DNA of 29,802 nt from a virus. The stretch is from the IMG/VR virus record IMGVR_UViG_3300025361_000001; one strand, written 5' to 3'. How positions within the stretch are numbered: the stretch's first letter is position 1; the number at the start of each line of letters is the position of its first letter. The notes beneath the pieces are model-generated. The model saw only the letters and a program-made list of their open reading frames with translations, made no database searches and was not told where the DNA came from. The translations under genes were made by a program, and so were the position numbers. Shown piece by piece: positions 16,665 through 25,168 of the stretch.

Positions 16665-17441
16665 TCAGAACCTCGCCAGCCACTCGAACAGATCGTCGAG
16701 TGGGTCGAGCGGTGGGTCGTAGAGTTCGAGCGGTTCAGTGGTGATCTCGTCTGGGCTTACGCCGCCATCGCCAGCCTTCCGCATCAGTTGGCGACGCCAG
16801 CTACGCAGTACGTCGTTGTGGGCGGTCGACTCGCTCTGCCGCCAGACGTTCTGTTGGTGGGTGACGCGGTCGCCGTCGGCGTCCTCGAAGGTGATCTCTA
16901 CGCGGTAGAGCGTGTACTTGAGCGCCTCGTCCCAGAGCTTCTTGCGTTCGTCGATGGTGGCGTCCCAGCCGTCGATGCGCGAGAGCATCTGCTGGAGGTG
17001 GATCAGTTCCGCGTATTCCTCGTGGCCGATCCCAATCGAGCCTTCGATGTAGTTGATCTCGGCTTTGATCGCCTCGCGCCGAGTGCCACGCGGGAGTTGC
17101 TCGATGAAGCGTTCGAGCGCGCCAGCCCGCGTCGTGCCGCTGCGCTCGGTCGCCTGACTGAGGCGTTGGCTCGTCAGCGAGAGGACCGCCCGTTCGAGTT
17201 GCCAGCCCCACTCCTCGCTGGCGACGACGTTTCGGAGCGTGTCTTTCGAGACAGGCTGCTCGTAAGAGAGCGCGTTTTCGAGCGTGTCGCGCGCACTCCC
17301 CTCGGGTAGCGCCTCGAAGATTTCGCCGCCACGAGTGGTGAGGCGGAGGGCGATGTCCTGTGTGCCGAACTTCTGGATGAGGTAGTCGAGGATCTCTACT
17401 CTGCGGACTTCTGCGTCTGGTGTGTCGGTGGTTTCAGTCAT
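16665..17441 (-). CDS. 258-aa hypothetical protein
   Basis: Acidic helical ORF with ATGA overlap to the upstream zinc-finger gene. Confidence 0.7.
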   Translation of the reverse strand: MTETTDTPDAEVRRVEILDYLIQKFGTQDIALRLTTRGGEIFEALPEGSARDTLENALSYEQPVSKDTLRNVVASEEWGWQLERAVLSLTSQRLSQATERSGTTRAGALERFIEQLPRGTRREAIKAEINYIEGSIGIGHEEYAELIHLQQMLSRIDGWDATIDERKKLWDEALKYTLYRVEITFEDADGDRVTHQQNVWRQSESTAHNDVLRSWRRQLMRKAGDGGVSPDEITTEPLELYDPPLDPLDDLFEWLARF

Positions 17442-17698
17442 TCTTTGTCGTTGGGTGTGTGTTGCCAGCCCTCGTCATTAGAGGCGCTGTCGAAGTCGTC
17501 GATGATCGTGGCGTCGAGGCGGCCAGCGTTGGTCAGTCTGCCAGTGGCCTTGAGCGAGGTGCCGAACGTCCGTTCCGGGTCGTCGGCTTTGACACACGAC
17601 GGGCAGAGTGTGTCGTAGTAGTTCTGTCGGGCGAGATCGAACTGCGCGCCGCACTTCCGGCAGGACGTGATCTCGGGGTCGTGAGGGTGTGGCGTCAT
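17438..17698 (-). CDS. 86-aa zinc-finger protein
   Basis: Start MTPHPHD at 17698 (ATGA overlap); CRKCG...CPSC. Confidence 0.7.
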   Translation of the reverse strand: MTPHPHDPEITSCRKCGAQFDLARQNYYDTLCPSCVKADDPERTFGTSLKATGRLTNAGRLDATIIDDFDSASNDEGWQHTPNDKE

Positions 17699-17901
17699 GC
17701 GTTCACCCACTCCGGTAGCTGGTCGCCGGGTTCGCACGGCGTCGGGCGGCCACACTCCCCACACCGGACGTGGACCTTGTTGATGTCCGAATACGATTCG
17801 CCGTCGAACGAACGGTAGACCATCCGCTCGCAGTTCGAGCAGTGGCCCGTGTAGTGGCGGCGACCGTTCTTCGCTGGCGTGATCTTATTTCCCATGCTCA
17901 T
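17695..17901 (-). CDS. 68-aa zinc-ribbon protein
   Basis: CSNC...CGECG..PC. Confidence 0.7.
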   Translation of the reverse strand: MSMGNKITPAKNGRRHYTGHCSNCERMVYRSFDGESYSDINKVHVRCGECGRPTPCEPGDQLPEWVNA

Positions 17902-17934
17902 TTCCTGTCCGTCTGTCGTCTGTAGTATCGTGTG

Positions 17935-18186
17935 TCATTGGTCGAGTGACCTGATTGCGTCGGCAATTGAGGCTTCGGAAACGGCGAACACCGAATCGAC
18001 GAGCTTTCCCATCTGATAGGGGTTGTCGCTCTCGTAGAGAACGCACGTCCAGCCGGTGCCGCTGGCTGTCGAGACCGGGCGGCAGATGATCGTCCGGTGC
18101 CGATCCGCGGAGTCGAATCGGGGGTTGCCGTTGTCGGTCGACATCTGTCGCCAGCCCTCGGGCGCGTCTGGAACTGTGACCGCCAT
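17935..18186 (-). CDS. 83-aa hypothetical protein
   Basis: Start MAVTVPDAPEGW at 18186 by TGATG overlap; the longer ORF-track version is an upstream extension in a shadow frame. Confidence 0.6.
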   Translation of the reverse strand: MAVTVPDAPEGWRQMSTDNGNPRFDSADRHRTIICRPVSTASGTGWTCVLYESDNPYQMGKLVDSVFAVSEASIADAIRSLDQ

Positions 18187-18548
18187 CAGTCGAACAGCCC
18201 CGATTCCTCCGTCGTGAGTTCGACGTGCGAAGCGAGCGTCGACAGCGTCGGTGGGAAACTGTCTTGGAGTTCGTTGAGCGCGACGTGGCGCTGCTCGTCT
18301 GTGATTTCGTCCGAGTCGGTCGAGACCGTCACTGCGCCGTAGACGACGAGCCATGCCGAATCCTGCAACGTGACCGGCGCTTCGGTTTCGTGCGACGGCA
18401 GCGACTCGGTGGCCCCCAGAATCTCCGCGCGGACCTCCTCGAAGACGACTGGTTGTTCGGTTGTGTCGGACTCGTCGAAGGCCTGCCACGCGACCGAGAG
18501 TGTCGACTTCGACAGGCAGAGCGTCGTCCCCATCTGCGGCCCGCTCAT
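18186..18548 (-). CDS. 120-aa hypothetical protein
   Basis: Acidic; coupled on both sides. Confidence 0.65.
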   Translation of the reverse strand: MSGPQMGTTLCLSKSTLSVAWQAFDESDTTEQPVVFEEVRAEILGATESLPSHETEAPVTLQDSAWLVVYGAVTVSTDSDEITDEQRHVALNELQDSFPPTLSTLASHVELTTEESGLFD

Positions 18549-19153
18549 TGACTGACCCCGATGGTGCCGACATAGTCGATTACGGCGGCGTCGTCGAGCG
18601 GGTCGTCGTCGAAGCGCGTCGAGGTGGCCCGGTAGAGGCGGTCGTCGCCGTCGTAGTTGTCCGTCTCGCGGAGATCGAACACGACCAATTTGTCGTAGCC
18701 GTCATCGTCCGAGCGGTCGCCCTCCAACACCTCACGGACGTATTTGAGCGGTGGGGCGTCGGAGAGTCGGGCAGTCATCTGCGACAGTGGGAGGAAGAAC
18801 GACTCGCCGTTCGGGCACTCTCGGTCATGTGGTCGTGTGAGCGTCGCCCACCCGTCCGCGTGATCCTCCGAGTTGATGAGGACCGTCTGGTTGAGCGTCC
18901 GGTAGGCCGCCAGCGTCGAGTAGTGGATCAGTTTGCCGTGACCCTCGGGGTACTGGTAGCCCAGAAAGTTCCGCGTTGAGGTGTAGAACTTCCCGTCGTT
19001 GTGTGTCGGGAGTGCGCCTCTCGCCCACGCGTTTGCGACCCACTGCTGGTTGCCCGTTGCTCGGCTGATCGGTTCGTAGACATCTGCGTTGTATTCGGTT
19101 GTCGATCCGTCTGTGTCGACCTCGATACTATCGAGGAATCTGTGTGTTGACAT
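18545..19153 (-). CDS. 202-aa hypothetical protein, first gene of a cassette
   Basis: ATG directly preceded by the ACCACCGACACA leader, with the 19-bp motif 29 nt upstream. Confidence 0.75.
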   Translation of the reverse strand: MSTHRFLDSIEVDTDGSTTEYNADVYEPISRATGNQQWVANAWARGALPTHNDGKFYTSTRNFLGYQYPEGHGKLIHYSTLAAYRTLNQTVLINSEDHADGWATLTRPHDRECPNGESFFLPLSQMTARLSDAPPLKYVREVLEGDRSDDDGYDKLVVFDLRETDNYDGDDRLYRATSTRFDDDPLDDAAVIDYVGTIGVSQ

Positions 19154-19182
19154 TGTGTCGGTGGTTTTGTGCCGGAATTTCA

Positions 19183-19201
19183 GTGTCCTGTTTCATGGCC
19201 T
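19183..19201 (-). promoter_or_regulatory. 19-bp cassette motif AGGCCATGAAAYAGGACAY, copy 1
   Basis: Plus-strand GTGTCCTGTTTCATGGCCT; 29 nt upstream of ATG 19153. Confidence 0.7.
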
Positions 19202-19225
19202 GTGGCCCGGCTCCCTGAACGTGCA

Positions 19226-19258
19226 AACGCCCTACCCGATCATATCAGGTAGAGCGTT
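19226..19258 (-). terminator. 15-bp stem-loop downstream of the duplicated gene (second copy at 20247-20279)
   Basis: Minus strand AACGCTCTACCTGAT-ATG-ATCGGGTAGGGCGTT; both mismatches are G-U on this strand; starts 9 nt after the stop codon. Confidence 0.6.
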
Positions 19259-19266
19259 ATAATTGC

Positions 19267-20115
19267 TTACTGGTCGAACTTAGTTGACAGATTCTCGCGG
19301 GTCTGGGCGATCCGGTTGTCGGTCGGCTGCGGGATCGGCGCGCCGGAGGCCGCCTTCCGGATGCTCTCGACACGGTTGGTGTAGGCGTCGAACGCCTCGA
19401 AGACCGAGTCCTGTGTCGGGAGACGGGCGGCGACGAACAGGTCACTCATCGTGATGTGGACGCGTTCGATCTGGTCCCACGACGACCGCACCTGTTTGGG
19501 CACGTTGACCGACGGGGCGAGGTCGTCCAGCGAGCCGCCAGCCAGTTCGCGGAGTTGGTCGATGCCGGTGCGGAACTTCGAGCGCGGCATGTGGTCGACG
19601 ATCTTGACTTCCGGGTGGAAGTAGAGCGCGAGTGCCATGTCGGCCTCGTCGCTCGGCATCAGGCTCTCGAAGGCCACGAAGCGCTCGTCGTCCTCGAAGA
19701 CCTGCACGGCGATCTCGCCGTAGAACTCCATCAACATCGCCAGTTCGGAGACGCCGCAGTGACAGTTGGCGGCGAACTCCATGTAGTCCGCGAACTCCGG
19801 GGCGACCGAGAACGTCGAGCGGGTGTCGTGTTTCTTGTCGCCGTGGCCGTGCGAGAGGCCACAGACCGGACACTCGAAGTCGCGGACCGAGGCTGACTCG
19901 ACCTGTTCGGCGGCGCGGCCGAGGACCTCCGCCATCGTGTTGTCGATACCCTCGTTTCTCTCGGCGTCGGATCGGAGTTGGTTGGCGTCGACCGTCGGTC
20001 GAGCGTAGTGGTCGCCGAGCTTCCACTTGCGAACGTCGTAGGTTTCTGCGTCTGCGTCTGCGTTGTTGGTTGCTGCGTTGGTGCCGCTGAACATCGCGTT
20101 GTCGTAGTTCGTCAT
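19267..20115 (-). CDS. 282-aa Cys/His-motif protein, duplicate copy
   Basis: Identical to 20288-21136; the 44-aa N-terminal extension in the ORF track (start 20247) only reads through the duplication junction. Confidence 0.75.
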   Translation of the reverse strand: MTNYDNAMFSGTNAATNNADADAETYDVRKWKLGDHYARPTVDANQLRSDAERNEGIDNTMAEVLGRAAEQVESASVRDFECPVCGLSHGHGDKKHDTRSTFSVAPEFADYMEFAANCHCGVSELAMLMEFYGEIAVQVFEDDERFVAFESLMPSDEADMALALYFHPEVKIVDHMPRSKFRTGIDQLRELAGGSLDDLAPSVNVPKQVRSSWDQIERVHITMSDLFVAARLPTQDSVFEAFDAYTNRVESIRKAASGAPIPQPTDNRIAQTRENLSTKFDQ

Positions 20116-20203
20116 TCTAGTTAGGTTCGGGTGAGCGGATGACCGTCCGTTCGCGGAAGTTGGTCGGGAGATGCTGTGTCGGTGGTTTTGTGCCGGAATT
20201 TCA

Positions 20204-20222
20204 GTGTCCTGTTTCATGGCCT
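20204..20222 (-). promoter_or_regulatory. 19-bp cassette motif, copy 2 (carried in the duplication)
   Basis: Identical to 19183-19201 at offset 1021. Confidence 0.65.
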
Positions 20223-20287
20223 GTGGCCCGGCTCCCTGAACGTGCAAACGCCCTACCCGATCATATCAGGTAGAGCGTTATAATTGC

Positions 20288-21136
20288 TTACTGGTCGAAC
20301 TTAGTTGACAGATTCTCGCGGGTCTGGGCGATCCGGTTGTCGGTCGGCTGCGGGATCGGCGCGCCGGAGGCCGCCTTCCGGATGCTCTCGACACGGTTGG
20401 TGTAGGCGTCGAACGCCTCGAAGACCGAGTCCTGTGTCGGGAGACGGGCGGCGACGAACAGGTCACTCATCGTGATGTGGACGCGTTCGATCTGGTCCCA
20501 CGACGACCGCACCTGTTTGGGCACGTTGACCGACGGGGCGAGGTCGTCCAGCGAGCCGCCAGCCAGTTCGCGGAGTTGGTCGATGCCGGTGCGGAACTTC
20601 GAGCGCGGCATGTGGTCGACGATCTTGACTTCCGGGTGGAAGTAGAGCGCGAGTGCCATGTCGGCCTCGTCGCTCGGCATCAGGCTCTCGAAGGCCACGA
20701 AGCGCTCGTCGTCCTCGAAGACCTGCACGGCGATCTCGCCGTAGAACTCCATCAACATCGCCAGTTCGGAGACGCCGCAGTGACAGTTGGCGGCGAACTC
20801 CATGTAGTCCGCGAACTCCGGGGCGACCGAGAACGTCGAGCGGGTGTCGTGTTTCTTGTCGCCGTGGCCGTGCGAGAGGCCACAGACCGGACACTCGAAG
20901 TCGCGGACCGAGGCTGACTCGACCTGTTCGGCGGCGCGGCCGAGGACCTCCGCCATCGTGTTGTCGATACCCTCGTTTCTCTCGGCGTCGGATCGGAGTT
21001 GGTTGGCGTCGACCGTCGGTCGAGCGTAGTGGTCGCCGAGCTTCCACTTGCGAACGTCGTAGGTTTCTGCGTCTGCGTCTGCGTTGTTGGTTGCTGCGTT
21101 GGTGCCGCTGAACATCGCGTTGTCGTAGTTCGTCAT
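20288..21136 (-). CDS. 282-aa putative metal-binding protein
   Basis: CPVCGLSHGHGDKKH and CHCG motifs; acidic; no family recognised. Confidence 0.8.
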   Translation of the reverse strand: MTNYDNAMFSGTNAATNNADADAETYDVRKWKLGDHYARPTVDANQLRSDAERNEGIDNTMAEVLGRAAEQVESASVRDFECPVCGLSHGHGDKKHDTRSTFSVAPEFADYMEFAANCHCGVSELAMLMEFYGEIAVQVFEDDERFVAFESLMPSDEADMALALYFHPEVKIVDHMPRSKFRTGIDQLRELAGGSLDDLAPSVNVPKQVRSSWDQIERVHITMSDLFVAARLPTQDSVFEAFDAYTNRVESIRKAASGAPIPQPTDNRIAQTRENLSTKFDQ

Positions 21137-21236
21137 TCTAGTTAGGTTCGGGTGAGCGGATGACCGTCCGTTCGCGGAAGTTGGTCGGGAGATGCTGTGT
21201 CGGTGGTCGACTGGTGAGTTGTTTTGGCTATCACCA

Positions 21237-21280
21237 TACCGCCGCGCGGACTCGAACCGCGCGTCAGTACCTACGGCGGC
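21237..21280 (-). ncRNA. 44-nt mini-tRNA / t-element (acceptor stem plus T-arm; no D or anticodon arm)
   Basis: Minus strand GCCGCCG-TAGGTACTGACG-CGCGG-TTCGAGT-CCGCG-CGGCGGT-A: 7-bp acceptor stem (G1-U72), U8-A9-G10, perfect 5-bp T-stem with TTCGAGT loop, discriminator A; intergenic. Confidence 0.75.
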
Positions 21281-21306
21281 GACGGGTCGGCGGAGGTGTG
21301 CCTACC

Positions 21307-22011
21307 TCAGAGATCCTCCGGTGTGTAGGTGACCGCCCACAGCGCTCGGGTGACGAACTCGACCATATCGTCAGTGGTGCCGAGGCCGGTGAAGCCGTCG
21401 AGTTCGAGTTGACCCTCGCCTTCCGGGCGGCGTTGGAACCGCACCTCGTAGGCCGGTTTGTTCGCCGAGTCGTCGAGGACCGTCCCGTCTCGCTTGGCGC
21501 GATCCGTGTTCGGATGGTAGAACTGGTTGTCGTAGGTCAGCAGGACGTGGTCGTGGATCAGCCAGCCGTCGCTCTGAACGTCCACGTCGTCGAACACGTC
21601 GAGCGCAGTCAGTTGGTCGACCGCCCGCGGGTTGACCGCGTAGTCGAGGATCTCGGCGGCCAGCGCGACCAGCGGCTGTGGGTCCGGCGGGTTGGTCTCG
21701 TAGGTCACCAGCAACGCATCGAGCAGGTCGCTCTTGTCGTGTTCGGCCACCGTGACGTACTCGGTCCAGTCGGCGTCGAGGCGGTCGAGGTTGATACCGT
21801 AGACCTCGCGGTCGCCCTCCATGTCCGGTGAGATCGTGACCGCGTACTCGTCGTTGGTCAGTTGGACGTGTTCGTCACGGTCGACGAGCAGCCCAGACAG
21901 CCCGTGTTTGTAGGCGAGCTTGTTGTAGTCCGACCACGGGATGAGTTCAGTCTCGCCGTCGTCTTGCAGGACCAGCGCGTGCGTCTTGCGGTTGTCGAGG
22001 ACTCTGCCCAT
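21307..22011 (-). CDS. 234-aa hypothetical protein coupled to the GHKL ATPase gene
   Basis: TGATG overlap with the 1046-aa gene; acidic. Confidence 0.75.
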   Translation of the reverse strand: MGRVLDNRKTHALVLQDDGETELIPWSDYNKLAYKHGLSGLLVDRDEHVQLTNDEYAVTISPDMEGDREVYGINLDRLDADWTEYVTVAEHDKSDLLDALLVTYETNPPDPQPLVALAAEILDYAVNPRAVDQLTALDVFDDVDVQSDGWLIHDHVLLTYDNQFYHPNTDRAKRDGTVLDDSANKPAYEVRFQRRPEGEGQLELDGFTGLGTTDDMVEFVTRALWAVTYTPEDL

Positions 22012-25000
22012 CAGTCATCACCTCCGTCATCGGGGCAGGTCGTCGACAGCATTACGATGGCCTGCCGAAGGTTCTCGGTGTCGGTGGGGTCGATGCCGAG
22101 ATCGCGGCAGGCCATGAGAAGTTCCTTTTCGTAGTCTTTCGGGCCGTTGTAGCCCGTCTCGATCCGACCCCAGATGTCGGAGTCGTTGTCCCACTGCGGG
22201 TACTGCGTTCGCTTGAAGATCCGGTCGAGGTCACGGACCGGGGAGCGGCGGATCTCGGCCGTCTTTTCCGGGAGCGACGAGTCGTAGTTCCAGTAGTGGA
22301 CCTTGATGACGCCCGAGCTGCGCGACAACGATTCTGGCCGGTCGTAGAACATATGGATGTACGTCTTGATCCGGTCGCGCTTGACCGTCCACTGTGTGTC
22401 CCACTCGACGGCGCGCCACGTGTCGAGGTCGTCCGGCACGTCCTCGGCATCCATCTCGCGGAAGTTCGGGATGCCCGAGATGCCGTTGATGAACTCGTCG
22501 AGCGTGCGCTGGCGGATCTCGGCGTACATCTCGTGGGACGGCGATACGTCTTCGATCTGCTTGCCGCGGATGGCCGCCCAGAGCGCATCCGATTCCTTGT
22601 GGACGAACACGTGCGAGTCGCGGTCGTCGAGGATCGTCTCGATAGTCGAGTCGAAGCCCGCCTGCGAGAACGGGTCGTAGACCGGGAGCTTCGTGCTGGT
22701 GATCATCTCCTCGAACTCGTCGAGGTAGTAGACGTTGTCGTAGGCGTGGAGTGCCTCGGCCTCCATCTTGATGCACTTGATGATCGCCGCGTGTTCGGAC
22801 AGGTCGTAGTGGTCCGAAATGTTCTCCTCGCGGGTCGACGAGAACAGGACGATGTCGTGCTGGCCGAGGTCCGTTCCGTTGACACCGATGGAGACATCAT
22901 CTGAGTCCTCCATGTCGTTCAGCCCCTCCATCAGATCGCCGACGGTGAACTTGTAGTCGATAGAGGCGTTCGGTTTGCAGCGGATGTCGACCGGGCGCTC
23001 TTGGAAGTTGTCCGGATCGGTGAGGTCGATCTCGACCTCGTCGCCGTCCTCGTTCGTCGTCGTGGTTTTCGTCGAGGCGTTGCTCCGCTTGCGCTTGTCG
23101 TGGATGTGCTGGGGCACCGTCCAGTCGTCGTCGAGACTGGTGTCGTCGTGCGTCATCGGCGTGTCCTTGACGAGCGCGGCGACGAGAACTCCCTGCCAGT
23201 TCGAGTAGTTGCGCGTCTTGATGAGCGCCGCGTTCGGGTAGTTCTCATTGTGCCAGATGACCTTCGCTCGGTCGCGGTTGATCGTCGTGCCGACGAACAG
23301 CGGCCAGCGGCCCTCTTTGGCGAGTAGCGTGCCGAGACAGACCGAGTTGCGGCGGTTGTCCTTCTTGTTGGGATCGCCGCGCATGTCGCTGGTTGCCACG
23401 TCGACCGTGTTCTCCATGCGAGCGAGCAGGCACAGGTTCTCCCACTGTGGGTGAGCGCGGTCGTCTCGCTCCGTCTCGCCCGACGTGTTCTCCTTCATAG
23501 GATCGGAGATGGACGGCTCGCCGGGGTCGACAGTCGGCGCGTCGTCCAGATCGAAGTCGATGTCCGGGCGACTGGTACACCAGCGGGCGAGGGGCTTGCG
23601 GTTGGGGAGCGTGTGGCTGCTGGCGTGTTTCTTGAGCAGCTTGCGATACAACTCGTGTTGGGTGCCCGATTCGCGGATGAACGCCAGCGCGTCGTCGGGC
23701 GTGTCGGCCGTCAAGACACCGTTGAGGTGGTCCGAGACCGTCGAGAGTTCTTCCTCACGGGCGATGTGGTCGAGGTACTCGAAGAAGCGCTTGTGGGCCT
23801 CGTCCTGTTTGAAGTTGTCACGCGAGGCGACCGGCACCGGCAGCGGCACGTCGGGCATCGGCTTGGACTGATCGGCGATGTCGTCGATCTCGCCTGCGAG
23901 TTCGTCGATCTGCGAGGCGAGGTAGCCACGGTTCGGCCCGGCGGCGATCAGCCCCTGCTCGTTGTGGATCTGGAGGTGATCGTTCCAGAGCGTGTCGATG
24001 GACTGCAGGTAGGACAGGTTTCTGTCGATTGGATTGTCGAGGAGGTAGGTGTCGTTGGTCATACTCGACTTCGAGACGATGTCCGGCGTGTCGAGGACGA
24101 GCGTGAACTCGCCCGGCCGGTCGATCACGATGGCCGGTTCCTCGTCGTACTGATCGAGGAACGTCGTCCGGTCGAACTCCTCCTCGTTTTTCGAGCCGCT
24201 TTTGACATCCTGCCACGACACCTGCGTCGGGAGGATGTCGGTGTAGCGCTCCATGTCAGACATGAACGTCTCGGTGTTGGCGCTGTCTTGGACCGGGATG
24301 GTGAACTCGGTGCCGAAGAAGCCGTCGTCGATCTGCGACGGGATGGGGATCATCCCGCCGAAGTACGAGTAGAACGTGTAGCCGTCCCGGTCGCGCTGGG
24401 GGACGACCTCGCCCGACTGCGACTCCTCGCGGCGAGTCCGGGTTTTGACCTTCATCGCGCCCTCCTCGCCCGCGATGGAGACCCACGTCAGCGAGCCGAT
24501 CCCTTTGTTGCCCGCCGACGAAAGGTCGACGCCCGACCCCGACGCGGCCGGTTCGTTCCAGAGTTCGATGGCCTCGCCGGTCGTCATGGCGATACCGTTG
24601 TCGCGGGTCGTCAGCGAGCCGTTGTCGTGGTCGACGGTGAACTCGATGCTCGGCGCGTAGCCGAGGTCTCTCGCCATGTCGATGATCTCGGCGGCCTTTT
24701 TGGGCAGTCTGATCGTCCGCTCGCCGTCGATCTCGGGGTGGGAGTGGTCGACCTCGTGGTAGAGCGCGCTCTCGCCGTAGGCGAGGGTAACCAGCCGCTT
24801 GGCCTCGCGGGTGATCGCGGCGACGTGGTTCTGGAGCCACTCGCGGAAGAAGACGCCCGTATCCTCGTAGAGACCGTCGGCGAGGATCTGCTGGACTTGG
24901 ACGGGCGTGTCGCTGATGAGCGCCTCTTTCGAGCCTGCGGTGACGACCAGCGGGTGATCGTCGTCGGCCACCGAGAAGTCGCGGTGGAGGCGGTCGGGCA

Positions 25001-25151
25001 GCGCGTGTTTCATCCGCTCGGCGGGCGAGTCGTACTCCGAGTCGGCGTCGTCGTCGACGGTCTCCGGGGTGACGACTTCGGCGGCTTCGACAGCGGTGGT
25101 TTCGGCGTTGTTCTCGGATTCGTCGTCTGCGTCTGTGGTTGGTTTAGACAT
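22011..25151 (-). CDS. 1046-aa protein with N-terminal GHKL ATPase domain (Hsp90/HtpG- or phage rIIA-like)
   Basis: Bergerat-fold motifs in order: LYEDTGVFFREWLQN (N-box), TRDNGIAMT (G1), GNKGIGS (G2), GTEFTIPV (G3); long unrecognised C-terminal region. Confidence 0.8.
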   Translation of the reverse strand: MSKPTTDADDESENNAETTAVEAAEVVTPETVDDDADSEYDSPAERMKHALPDRLHRDFSVADDDHPLVVTAGSKEALISDTPVQVQQILADGLYEDTGVFFREWLQNHVAAITREAKRLVTLAYGESALYHEVDHSHPEIDGERTIRLPKKAAEIIDMARDLGYAPSIEFTVDHDNGSLTTRDNGIAMTTGEAIELWNEPAASGSGVDLSSAGNKGIGSLTWVSIAGEEGAMKVKTRTRREESQSGEVVPQRDRDGYTFYSYFGGMIPIPSQIDDGFFGTEFTIPVQDSANTETFMSDMERYTDILPTQVSWQDVKSGSKNEEEFDRTTFLDQYDEEPAIVIDRPGEFTLVLDTPDIVSKSSMTNDTYLLDNPIDRNLSYLQSIDTLWNDHLQIHNEQGLIAAGPNRGYLASQIDELAGEIDDIADQSKPMPDVPLPVPVASRDNFKQDEAHKRFFEYLDHIAREEELSTVSDHLNGVLTADTPDDALAFIRESGTQHELYRKLLKKHASSHTLPNRKPLARWCTSRPDIDFDLDDAPTVDPGEPSISDPMKENTSGETERDDRAHPQWENLCLLARMENTVDVATSDMRGDPNKKDNRRNSVCLGTLLAKEGRWPLFVGTTINRDRAKVIWHNENYPNAALIKTRNYSNWQGVLVAALVKDTPMTHDDTSLDDDWTVPQHIHDKRKRSNASTKTTTTNEDGDEVEIDLTDPDNFQERPVDIRCKPNASIDYKFTVGDLMEGLNDMEDSDDVSIGVNGTDLGQHDIVLFSSTREENISDHYDLSEHAAIIKCIKMEAEALHAYDNVYYLDEFEEMITSTKLPVYDPFSQAGFDSTIETILDDRDSHVFVHKESDALWAAIRGKQIEDVSPSHEMYAEIRQRTLDEFINGISGIPNFREMDAEDVPDDLDTWRAVEWDTQWTVKRDRIKTYIHMFYDRPESLSRSSGVIKVHYWNYDSSLPEKTAEIRRSPVRDLDRIFKRTQYPQWDNDSDIWGRIETGYNGPKDYEKELLMACRDLGIDPTDTENLRQAIVMLSTTCPDDGGDD

Positions 25152-25168
25152 TGTGTCAGTAGTTGCGA

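Larger units (their letters stand above)
19154..21207. repeat. Exact 1021-bp tandem duplication (19154-20174, 20175-21195) bounded by a 12-bp direct repeat
   Basis: TGTGTCGGTGGT at 19154, 20175 and 21196; ORF-track translations in several frames are identical at offset 1021. Confidence 0.95.

Noticed and set aside
19267-20247. 326-aa N-terminally extended isoform of the duplicated protein
   Set aside because: The extension exists only because the frame reads through the terminator, promoter motif and duplication junction; it is absent from the other copy
21237-21280. Functional tRNA gene or simple attP site
   Set aside because: No D-arm or anticodon arm, so it cannot decode; both acceptor strands are present and no integrase is in the window, so an att core alone does not explain it
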